NCBI GenBank assembly: GCA_052033935.1 | Contig: JBPOJE010000073.1 | Location: 2,159 to 66,158 of the forward strand | Length of the DNA: 64,000 nucleotides | Direction of reading: 5' to 3' | Origin: Armatimonadota bacterium | GTDB lineage: Bacteria > Armatimonadota > UBA5829 > DSUL01 | In this document: positions 28,781 through 37,243 of the stretch, piece by piece | Position numbering within the stretch: position 1 is the stretch's first letter | Layout: each line of letters opens with the position of its first letter | Translations under genes and position numbers: made by a program | The notes under the pieces: generated by a model | Told to the model about the DNA's origin: nothing | What the model saw: only the letters and a program-made list of their open reading frames with translations | The model's database searches: none

Positions 28781-29611
28781 TTAGGCTTTCAGGCCGGTGA
28801 GGGTGATCCCTTCGATAAACTGCTTCTGGGCGAGGAGAAACAGAACAAGAATCGGCAGCGCGGCCATCACCGCACCCGCCATGAGCACCGGCCAGTTCGC
28901 GTCGCCATAGAACCCCTGCAGCGACTGCAGCCCGATGGGGATGGTCTTCATCGTGGGGCGGTTGATGACGATAAGCGGCCAGATAAAGCTGTTCCAGCTT
29001 CCGAGAAACGCGATCAGCCCGAACGCCGTCAGCGCCGGACGTGAGAGCGGCAGCATGATCCGCAGATAGATAGTCCAGTGACTCGCGCCATCAATATGCG
29101 CGGCCTCCTCCAGCTCCTTCGGGATGGTCATGAAGAACTGTCTTAGCAGGAAGCAGCCATAGGCGCTCGCGACGAAGGGCACGATGAGCGCCGCGAACGA
29201 GTCAATCCAGCGCAACTTCACCATCAGAATGAACAGCGGAATCATCGTCACCTGCGTGGGCACCATCATGGTGGCGAGATAGGCGATAAAGAGCGCGTCG
29301 CGGCCCCGGAAGTTGAGGCGCGAGAACGCGTACGCGGCGAACGTGGATGTGACGAGCTGCGCCAGGGTCACGACGACCGCCACGATGAGGCTGTTGAGAA
29401 AGAAGTTGGCGAAGGGCACGGTCTTCCACGCCTGCAGGTAGTTGTTCCAGTGAGCGCCGCTCGGCAGAAGCTGCTCGAGCGGCAGGAAGAACTCCGTCGT
29501 GCTGCGCAGGCTCCCGATGATCATCCACACAAACGGCACGATCATGCTCAGGCTGAGAAGCCCGAGGACGATGTAAGTGCACAGGTTGCCGAAGCGCTCG
29601 CGGTTCTTCAT
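28781..29611 (-). CDS. carbohydrate ABC transporter permease (MalG-like)
   Basis: MKNRERFGNLCTYIVLGLLSLSMIVPFVWMII...EAAHIDGASHWTIYLRIMLP contains the EAA loop. Start 29611 shares 1 nt with the upstream stop. The track ORF is extended artefactually to 29878. Confidence 0.8.
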   Translation of the reverse strand: MKNRERFGNLCTYIVLGLLSLSMIVPFVWMIIGSLRSTTEFFLPLEQLLPSGAHWNNYLQAWKTVPFANFFLNSLIVAVVVTLAQLVTSTFAAYAFSRLNFRGRDALFIAYLATMMVPTQVTMIPLFILMVKLRWIDSFAALIVPFVASAYGCFLLRQFFMTIPKELEEAAHIDGASHWTIYLRIMLPLSRPALTAFGLIAFLGSWNSFIWPLIVINRPTMKTIPIGLQSLQGFYGDANWPVLMAGAVMAALPILVLFLLAQKQFIEGITLTGLKA

Positions 29612-30495
29612 CAGCTTCCGTAGTGAATCCATCTGCGCGTGACGGAGAGCTGCAGCAGCGTCACGGAAAGGATGATCAGAAACAGCACAAAGGCAAGCGC
29701 GGACGCGTAGCCCATGTGGAACATCGTGAACGCCTCGGTGTACACGTGGTACACATAGACGCTTGTCTGCGGCGTCGGCTTGCCGCCGGTCATCATGTAG
29801 ATCTGCGTGAACACCTGAAACCCGCTGATGACCGACATCGTGAAAATGAACAGCGTTGTCGGCGACAGCAGCGGCCAAGTGACATGCCGGAACATCTGCC
29901 AGGGGTTCGCCCCGTCAATGCGCGCCGCCTCGTAATAGCTCGCGCCGATGCCCTGCAACCCCGCAAGGTAGAGAATGGCGTTGTACCCCAGCCCCGCCCA
30001 TACGCTCATAATGATGATCGCGGGCATGGCCCAGTACGGGTCGGCGAGCCATCCGGGCGGGTTGGCGATGACCGTGGAGAGGAGCTTGTTGATGAGGCCC
30101 GACTCCGGGTTGTACAAGGAGCGCCACACTATGGACAGTGCGACGATGCTGGTGACCGCCGGCAGGAAGAAGATCACACGGAACGCAGCCACGCCCATAA
30201 GCTTGCGGTTCATCAGCAGGGCGATGCCGAGTGAGACGGCCATGGCGAGCGGCACTGTGGCGGCGGTGAAATAGAGTGTGTTCACAAGCACCTGCCGGAA
30301 GGCCTCGCCGTGCGTCAGGTCTCTCCAGATGGCGGCATAATTGGCGAGCCCGACGAAGCGCGGTGGGGTCAGGATGTCCCATTCCAGGAGGCTGATGCCC
30401 AGCGCTCCGAAGATGGGCAGCACCGCGAACACCTGCAGCCCCACAAAGCTCGGGCTCAGGAAACCGATGGCTGCAAGAGTGTCGCGGCGGCTCAC
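29611..30495 (-). CDS. carbohydrate ABC transporter permease (MalF-like)
   Basis: 294 aa. YEAARIDGANPWQMFRHVTWPLL is the EAA motif, with 6 TM helices. Confidence 0.85.
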   Translation of the reverse strand: MSRRDTLAAIGFLSPSFVGLQVFAVLPIFGALGISLLEWDILTPPRFVGLANYAAIWRDLTHGEAFRQVLVNTLYFTAATVPLAMAVSLGIALLMNRKLMGVAAFRVIFFLPAVTSIVALSIVWRSLYNPESGLINKLLSTVIANPPGWLADPYWAMPAIIIMSVWAGLGYNAILYLAGLQGIGASYYEAARIDGANPWQMFRHVTWPLLSPTTLFIFTMSVISGFQVFTQIYMMTGGKPTPQTSVYVYHVYTEAFTMFHMGYASALAFVLFLIILSVTLLQLSVTRRWIHYGS

Positions 30496-31841
30496 TGCAC
30501 GTTCCCGTCCTTTCCGGCGCTTAGGATGGCGTTCACGCGGTGGGTGAGCGCACGCATGCTCTCGGCCACATCTTTGCGCGCTGTGAAAATCTGGGTCAGC
30601 TCCGATCTGGCAAGCTCTTCAAAGGTGCCAGTGTTGGGGTCCACCTCGAGCGGACGGGCATAGCGCGCGGCCCTCAGAAACTCCCAGTCGTTTTCGGGCG
30701 GCGTATTGGGGTCGAGGAACACCGGCGACTCGGCGACGGACACGAACGAAGGCATGTCGCGCCCGGTGGCGGCCTGGTGCTTCTGACCCTCCTTGCCGCA
30801 AAGCCACTGCATCAGCTTCCACGCTTCTTCCAGATTTGGGCCATCCTTGCGCAGGACGTAGCAATTCGCGAAGAGCACTGTGGCGGTCTCTTTCTTCATC
30901 GGGACCGGCCCCACGTCCCAGTTGAGCGGGCGTCCGTCGGCGTATTTCGCGTCGCGGAAGCTCTGGCATCCCCAGCGCCCCTGAATGAACATCGCCTGCC
31001 GCCCGGCGCGGAACATCTCGCCGCCGCCGCCCAGGTCCTGTGCCTGTTCGGGGGACGGGAAGACTTTGTGCTTGTACTGGCAATCGGCAAGAAACTGGAC
31101 GGCCTCAATCGCGGCCGGCTCGTCGAGCAGGCAGCAGCTCATGTCGGGCGTGAACAGCCGCCCTCCGTTCTGCCAAATCCAGAACGCTATTCCGTCGGAC
31201 TGCAGCGGCGCGTCGCAGGCGAACTGATCGGGTTTGCCGTCGCCGTTTCGGTCGGCGGCGATCTTCTTGCTCGCGTCAAGAAAATCAGCCCACGTCCAGC
31301 CTTCGCGCGGGTACGGCACGCACGCCTGGTCGAACATGTCCTTGTTGTAGTACAGCACGAACGTCGTCCACCCGCGCGGGAGTCCGTAGAAGCGGCCCTG
31401 GTATTTCAGGGCGGGGAGGAGCTCGGCGAACATCTCGTCCACGGGAAAGCCGTCGCGTTCGATCAGCTCGTCGAGAGGCTGCAGCGTGTTGCGGGCAGCG
31501 AATGTCGGAAGCTGGTTGTAAGCGAGCTGCATGATGTCGGGCGCGACGCCCGCGGCAAACTGAATCTTGATACGCTGGTAATACTGCGACCCCGGTACCT
31601 GCTGGATTTCGATGTCCACGTTCGGGTGAGCAGCCTTGTAGCGGTCAAGCAGGCGGGTAAGAGACGCCAGCCCTTCCGGGCCCTCCCAGCAGGCGAGCAC
31701 CAGACGCACACGTCCGGGATCCTTCTTCGCTTTTCCGGTGCATCCGCAAACGCACAAGCAGGCGGCAAGAACAATCAGCAGGGCGACAGCGCAGCGCGCC
31801 AGGCCGGATTCCCAGATTGCAGCAGACCCGAGAGCGCGCAC
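30492..31841 (-). CDS. ABC transporter extracellular solute-binding lipoprotein (family 1, sugar)
   Basis: Probable GTG start 31841 (VRALGSAAIWESGLARCAVALLIVLAACLCVCGCTGKA lipobox), which avoids overlap with the 5'-nucleotidase stop at 31846. SBP_bac_1-like. Confidence 0.7.
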   Translation of the reverse strand: MRALGSAAIWESGLARCAVALLIVLAACLCVCGCTGKAKKDPGRVRLVLACWEGPEGLASLTRLLDRYKAAHPNVDIEIQQVPGSQYYQRIKIQFAAGVAPDIMQLAYNQLPTFAARNTLQPLDELIERDGFPVDEMFAELLPALKYQGRFYGLPRGWTTFVLYYNKDMFDQACVPYPREGWTWADFLDASKKIAADRNGDGKPDQFACDAPLQSDGIAFWIWQNGGRLFTPDMSCCLLDEPAAIEAVQFLADCQYKHKVFPSPEQAQDLGGGGEMFRAGRQAMFIQGRWGCQSFRDAKYADGRPLNWDVGPVPMKKETATVLFANCYVLRKDGPNLEEAWKLMQWLCGKEGQKHQAATGRDMPSFVSVAESPVFLDPNTPPENDWEFLRAARYARPLEVDPNTGTFEELARSELTQIFTARKDVAESMRALTHRVNAILSAGKDGNVQ

Positions 31842-31845
31842 TGTC

Positions 31846-33474
31846 TTACGGCTGCTCCACCCGCCTGACTCTGTCAAGGGCGGGAGGCGAGACGGTCTTC
31901 CGCTCCTTGATATAGGAGATAACCGCCTCGCGGGTGGTGTCCCAGGTCTCCCATGTGACCTCGACACCCGGGGCTGCTTCCATCATCTCCATCATCACGT
32001 ACGCCTGTGTGGTGACGGTGTAGAGCTTCTCCGGGCCGGCCGTCTGCCCGCCGATGGTCAGACGCTTCACGACGGGGGTATCGCCGCTTATCTCCCACTC
32101 GGTCGAAGCGCCCGATATGGCGGTCGTAATCTGCTTCTTGCGGCCGGCGCGGGCGTTCAGGCCTCCAATGATCTCATCGCCGGTCATCTTCGCGGTCACA
32201 AGGTGCTGGCGCGTGTATCCTCCGATGAGCCCGAATGCCTGCCCTGCGGTGACCGGGCCGGCGGCAAGCTCACCCTTCACCGAGTTCGCGTCCACGACGC
32301 CCAAATCCGACCCGCCCGCGGCGCGGACGGCATCGGCGACGAGACTGGCGGCGGCGCTCTCCTGCCCTGCCGGCGCCGGCAGGATGGCGGCCGAGGCGCT
32401 ACCGATCACCTCCTGCGCCAGCGCGGCGGCCCGGTCGCGATAGGGCTGATACGCTTTCAGCACATCCGGGTCTTCCGGCACGTCGTCTCCGATGGCGATG
32501 AGCGGCCCTTCCGGATACGAAGCGTCGAGCGGCACGTTCCGCAGCCTGTTCCAGAGCTTGTGCCTGCCGTTGACCGATGTGATCTCAGCAGCGCCGCTGT
32601 CCTTGCGGACGATGAAGTCAATGCGCCCTAGGTTGCGGGCCCCGTAGCCCGTCTGCGTGACGAGCGTATCGCCGATCCAAGTCCACTCCCGAATGGCCGT
32701 ATGCGTGTGACCGCCGACGATAAAATCTATGCCCGGCACCTCGGCGGCCATCTGTTTGTCCGGGTTCACCCCCATATGCGACAGGGCGATCACGACGTCC
32801 GCCTGCTTTCGCAGTTCGGGCACGATGCGTTTGGCGGTCACGATGGGATCGTCAATGATGATGTCGCGGATGCTGGGCGGCCAGTGCAGCGATATGGTGT
32901 CCAGCGATGCCAGCCCGAAAATCGCAATGCGCACCCCCTGGATTTCCTTGATGATGTGCGGCTGCAGCCTGTCCCACTGCCCGCCGGAAGCTGCGCGGAT
33001 GTTTGCCGCTAGGAACGGGAAGGTGGCGTGGCGCATCGCGTCCCGCGTGACCTGCAGCCCGAAGTCGAACTCGTGGTTGCCCGCGGTCATAACGTCATAG
33101 CCCACGGCGTTCATTGCGCTGATGGTGGCGGCTCCGCCGGAGATGTAGTCCTCCGGCTGCCCGTGGATCACGTCGCCACCTTCGAGCAGAAGCACGTTGG
33201 GCATCTCCGCGCGAATTTGCCTGACAACGGTGGCCGCGCGCGCGAGCCCGCCCGGGCCTTCACCCGGCACGATACTGCCGTGCAGGTCGTTCGTGTGCAG
33301 AATGGTGATGAGGACGTAAGCCGGGTCGGCACCAGCCACACCCGACAGCGACGCAAACGCCACGCTGGCCGCCAGCCACGCCGTGCGCGAATGCAGCTTC
33401 AAACCAGGCCTGACCAGGCGGCGGAACAGCCATGCAACGCCGCCGATCGCGGTAAGCCACTTCAGGTTAAGCAA
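31846..33474 (-). CDS. bifunctional metallophosphatase / 5'-nucleotidase (UshA-like)
   Basis: ILHTNDLHGSI, LLLEGGDVIHG, GNHEFDFG are calcineurin-like metallophosphoesterase motifs. A C-terminal 5'-nucleotidase domain follows, and there is an N-terminal signal/TM. Confidence 0.85.
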   Translation of the reverse strand: MLNLKWLTAIGGVAWLFRRLVRPGLKLHSRTAWLAASVAFASLSGVAGADPAYVLITILHTNDLHGSIVPGEGPGGLARAATVVRQIRAEMPNVLLLEGGDVIHGQPEDYISGGAATISAMNAVGYDVMTAGNHEFDFGLQVTRDAMRHATFPFLAANIRAASGGQWDRLQPHIIKEIQGVRIAIFGLASLDTISLHWPPSIRDIIIDDPIVTAKRIVPELRKQADVVIALSHMGVNPDKQMAAEVPGIDFIVGGHTHTAIREWTWIGDTLVTQTGYGARNLGRIDFIVRKDSGAAEITSVNGRHKLWNRLRNVPLDASYPEGPLIAIGDDVPEDPDVLKAYQPYRDRAAALAQEVIGSASAAILPAPAGQESAAASLVADAVRAAGGSDLGVVDANSVKGELAAGPVTAGQAFGLIGGYTRQHLVTAKMTGDEIIGGLNARAGRKKQITTAISGASTEWEISGDTPVVKRLTIGGQTAGPEKLYTVTTQAYVMMEMMEAAPGVEVTWETWDTTREAVISYIKERKTVSPPALDRVRRVEQP

Positions 33475-33486
33475 ACGAAGGCCTTT

Positions 33487-34200
33487 CTAGTATTCGCCCA
33501 TAACGTAGCGGTCGTTGGCGTGACACTCGGGGAAGTCCCAGTGGGCGTACTTCAGTTGACCGCGCGAGTCCTTCCATTCCGGGCTGTAGGGCTTGACGTT
33601 CGTTACCACGTGCCCGTCCATCATCACCATCAGCATCACCCAGCCCGAAGTGGGGCTGTTGACACCCGAGCGCTCGTAGTGATGCCTGCTGTGCCGGTCA
33701 CTCAGGAGATAGAACTGGGCAGGCCGCGTGCACTGGTCGAACTTCCGCGGCCGGTACACCCTGCCCGGCGCGTAGGCGTACCCCAGACACTCGTTGAAGC
33801 GGTAGTCTATCTCGTTGCGCACGAAGTTGTTCCAGCAGGAGTCGCAAGGGTCGGGACACTGCCACATGGTGTCGCCTTTGAGATAGGAGTTCAGGTCGCG
33901 GTACGGGCCGCTCGTGTTTCTGAGGAAGGAGTCCTGCGCGCTGATGTTGGGGTTACCGTTGCCATACACATTGCAGACCCGTGGGCCGTAGCCGTTGTGG
34001 TCATCCACATACATCCGCACAGCCGTGGCGATCTGCTTGAGATTGTTGATGCATTGCGTTGTCTTGGCCTTACGCTTAGCACGCGCGAAAACAGGGAACA
34101 GGATTGCTCCCAGAATGGCGATGATCGCAATGACGACAAGCAGTTCGATCAGCGTGAAGCCCACACGGTTGGACCTGTCCGAGAGCCGTCTCATAACCAT
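33487..34200 (-). CDS. prepilin-type N-terminal cleavage/methylation domain protein (DUF1559 / H-X9-DG family)
   Basis: [32 protein letters not shown] is the class III signal. C-terminal ...MDGHVV is the H-X9-DG tail. Start is probably ATG 34200. Confidence 0.8.
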   Translation of the reverse strand: MVMRRLSDRSNRVGFTLIELLVVIAIIAILGAILFPVFARAKRKAKTTQCINNLKQIATAVRMYVDDHNGYGPRVCNVYGNGNPNISAQDSFLRNTSGPYRDLNSYLKGDTMWQCPDPCDSCWNNFVRNEIDYRFNECLGYAYAPGRVYRPRKFDQCTRPAQFYLLSDRHSRHHYERSGVNSPTSGWVMLMVMMDGHVVTNVKPYSPEWKDSRGQLKYAHWDFPECHANDRYVMGEY

Positions 34201-34304
34201 TGTAATGTCTCCCGAATAATGATTCGCGAAAGCACCCTTACGAAGCATTTTGCGCCTTCCGAAGAGCGCCTGTCAACCAGCCCGCCGGAACTGGTACGCA
34301 GGTA

Positions 34305-36155
34305 CTAGTTGAGCGTGACAATGTCGGCCGCGGAGCGGACTCTCAGCCGTCTCTGTACCTTGCCCGCGATGGTGGCGGTGGAGATGATGCCCGTCACTTG
34401 CACAGGGCGGCCCACGGCCGGAGCGCTCCAGCCGGACAGGCCTGACACATCCACCCGCAGCCCTGTGTAGCCGTAGCCGTCAACGAGCGTGCTCCCGTCG
34501 TCAATGTACAGGTAAAAGCCGCTGATCGAGGCCTTCACCCTGCCCCACGTCCGCACAAGCAGTCCGATGTTGTTGAGTCCCACTCCCCCCTGCACGCCCG
34601 GAGTGTAAGTGCCGAGCGCCTCACCGCCCAGCCGCTCGTTCGACAGCCCGAGCGGCACGGGCAGACTTCCGGTTCCGGACACAGTAACGCTCGACGCCGA
34701 AATCTCCCGTTCGCCGTTGAGCATGCTGAGCGTGCCGACGACGTTTACCCTGTCGCCAACCGCAACAATCGCGCCGCTGTTGACTTTGATTGCCGCCGAT
34801 CGGTCGTCTTCAGAAACGTAAAACGCGCCGGAAAACACGGATGTTACTGTCTTGCCGGACAGGACAACGGCCGTCCCGTTCGGCTCAAGGCGCGCATCGC
34901 CGATTCGCGGAGACGAACCATCGGGGCCGTAGTGAACGGCCACTGGCGGCGAGACCGACTTAAGGCGGTTGCTGGAGGCATCGGTGGCTCGCGCTATGAT
35001 CGTGTGGACGCCGATAGCTTGCCCGGCCGGATCCCAGGTGAAGCTGTATGGCGCGGCGGTATCTGTCCAGAGAAGCTGGCCGTCCACATAGAACTCGACA
35101 TTGTAAATGCCGCTCGCGTCCGATGCGTCCGCCGTCACCGTAACAGGCCCTGTGACGAGTGCTCCCGCAGCTGGAGCGGTGACCGAGACGGCCGGTGGGG
35201 TCAGGTCCACGGCGTGGATGTTGATGGTGGCATAGACGGCGCGGTGATCGCTGCCGAAGTGCGAGCTGCGGGTGGGGTTGAAGGCGAACCCTCCCGGCTG
35301 CTTGACGCCCGAGTCGCGGTCCCACCAGATATAGTCCAGCCGCTTGCCGAACAAGTCCATCATCGTCTGCCCGCTGAACGAGTTGTGTGTGTGCTGGCTG
35401 CTGGGGTCGGTGAATTCGATGTCTATCTCGTTCCAGGTGGACGTGCCTGTATCGGTGTTGAGATCGTTGGTGATAATGCGCGCGGTTCCGGGGAATCCCG
35501 ACATGCCGGGCGAGCCCGTCTGTCCGTTGACGATCCACTCCTTCAGCCGGATGGCTTCTTGGCGGCGTTCTTCCTCGGTCACTTCGTGTCCGTTGAGGAT
35601 CGCCCCGCCCCAGAGCAGCTTGCCCGTAAACAGCCCGAACGCTTCGTCCGTGCCGAGCTTCCGGAATAGCCTGCCGGCGTACTTGAGCACGTAGCCGTTG
35701 TCTATTGTCTCCAGCACCTTCTCGCCGAGATACCACTCGCTGAGCCGGTGCTCCACGAGACCCGTTCTCCAGAAGAAGCCGATGCCGCTTGTGTTGTTGA
35801 CGCCCTGCGGGGTGCGCGAGCTTGCCCAATCCGCCCCGGTGTACTGCTCCAAGAACTGCTCGACCTTCACGCGGTCGGTCTCGCTGAGGAGTTCCTGCAT
35901 CCCGATGACGGCGATGGGAGGATGTGTTGATCCCGAAGGGTTGATGCTGGCCACCCACTGCGCGAAACGCTTCGCGGTATCGTAGGTGACGGCGGAGGTG
36001 TCCTGCTCGGTGTAGCGCCCGCCGGAGTAGATGTTGCACTGGCAGACGGTGATGGTTCCGGCGCATGCAGGAATGAAAACCGTGAGCGCAAGAAAAGCAG
36101 CGCAAATCAACCAGTGATGAAGTTTGTGCATTGCGGCGAGCGAGACGACAGGCAA
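34305..36155 (-). CDS. secreted endonuclease/exonuclease/phosphatase (EEP) family hydrolase with Ig-like domain and recurrent C-terminal module
   Basis: Signal MHKLHHWLICAAFLALTVFIPACAG. RLDYIWWD...GSDHRAV is the EEP C-terminal catalytic motif. APYSFTWDPAG is Ig-like. The C-terminal FYLYIDDGS...GLRV...VQVTG module is shared with other secreted proteins. Confidence 0.65.
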   Translation of the reverse strand: MPVVSLAAMHKLHHWLICAAFLALTVFIPACAGTITVCQCNIYSGGRYTEQDTSAVTYDTAKRFAQWVASINPSGSTHPPIAVIGMQELLSETDRVKVEQFLEQYTGADWASSRTPQGVNNTSGIGFFWRTGLVEHRLSEWYLGEKVLETIDNGYVLKYAGRLFRKLGTDEAFGLFTGKLLWGGAILNGHEVTEEERRQEAIRLKEWIVNGQTGSPGMSGFPGTARIITNDLNTDTGTSTWNEIDIEFTDPSSQHTHNSFSGQTMMDLFGKRLDYIWWDRDSGVKQPGGFAFNPTRSSHFGSDHRAVYATINIHAVDLTPPAVSVTAPAAGALVTGPVTVTADASDASGIYNVEFYVDGQLLWTDTAAPYSFTWDPAGQAIGVHTIIARATDASSNRLKSVSPPVAVHYGPDGSSPRIGDARLEPNGTAVVLSGKTVTSVFSGAFYVSEDDRSAAIKVNSGAIVAVGDRVNVVGTLSMLNGEREISASSVTVSGTGSLPVPLGLSNERLGGEALGTYTPGVQGGVGLNNIGLLVRTWGRVKASISGFYLYIDDGSTLVDGYGYTGLRVDVSGLSGWSAPAVGRPVQVTGIISTATIAGKVQRRLRVRSAADIVTLN

Positions 36156-36205
36156 GACTGCCGCCCGCCGGGTGGCAGGGCGGCAGTCAGAAGCGAAGCA
36201 GGGGT

Positions 36206-36916
36206 TTACTTGCGGCGAAGCACACCGGAGAATCCGGCGAGGCCCATCGCCAGCGCAACCAGCGACGCAGGCTCGGGGACGACGTTGAGGTCGTCCGCGA
36301 TTGCGTAGTTGGCATACGAGGGAAGGTCGGTAAGGCTCAAGTAGCCCCTGTAGAAGTTGATCGTGGTCGGTTTAACGGCATTAGCGCTGTAGAGCGCCAC
36401 ATCCGTCGCGGCGGCAGTGCCGTCCACCCACAACGACCAGGTCTGGGCCGCCCAGTCGAGCACGGCCTTGAACTGATAGACCTGAGCGCCGTTGAAGCTG
36501 GACTGATAGACCCGCCACGCGCCTCCCGAGTAGTACTGGATGGCCCCACCGGTGAAGCCGAATGCCAGGCTGCGATCGGCAGCGCCTGCGTCCTGGAGAG
36601 AAACCCACCACTGTCCGGTGTTGTACATCGCCTTCGCCAGCTTGACCTCCACAGTCACGAGGTCGCCAACCTGGCCGATGGAATGCCTTGCGGCACGCCC
36701 GGCATTACCGGACACCATGTACGACTGCGCCCCGGCAATCACGTACGTCGGATCGTTGGTCACACGGTAGTTGGTGCTGGCCGGGTCAACGACCCAGTCG
36801 TTCTGGCCCGTCAGCCCGCCGGCAACATACTCCGGTGCCTCGAAGCCGGTGGCGAAGTTCGCGCTGGCCGGCAACGCAACTGCCAGAAACGCCATGAGCA
36901 CAAAGACTGTCCTCAT
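36206..36916 (-). CDS. PEP-CTERM sorting-domain secreted protein
   Basis: Signal peptide MRTVFVLMAFLAVALPASA. The C-terminus VPEPASLVALAMGLAGFSGVLRRK is a PEP-CTERM motif plus TM helix plus basic tail. Confidence 0.85.
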   Translation of the reverse strand: MRTVFVLMAFLAVALPASANFATGFEAPEYVAGGLTGQNDWVVDPASTNYRVTNDPTYVIAGAQSYMVSGNAGRAARHSIGQVGDLVTVEVKLAKAMYNTGQWWVSLQDAGAADRSLAFGFTGGAIQYYSGGAWRVYQSSFNGAQVYQFKAVLDWAAQTWSLWVDGTAAATDVALYSANAVKPTTINFYRGYLSLTDLPSYANYAIADDLNVVPEPASLVALAMGLAGFSGVLRRK

Positions 36917-37243
36917 CCTATTCTCGTTCTCCTTTCCCGTCTCCAGAGGAGACGAACACTTCCCTTACCTCCGTACGAAGGGGCAGGGAAACTCAAAAAC
37001 CAGGTTCTTGAGGACTATATTACCATTCTAGCGTGCAAAAAACGTGCCAACCCGGGCTTTTGACGAACTTATGCGCGCAAAAGCGCCTGTGTCAGTTGTC
37101 TTGAAGAGGCAGGGTAGCGCTTGATTTCGCGCATTATTCGTGGTAGTTTCGGAGGTACTCAGCCGGGCGGACGCGCTCTGGGGGGAAGCGCGGCACGTGT
37201 CTGGAACAAGCGTTGACTCGAGTGTGAAAGGAGACCGCGCACA

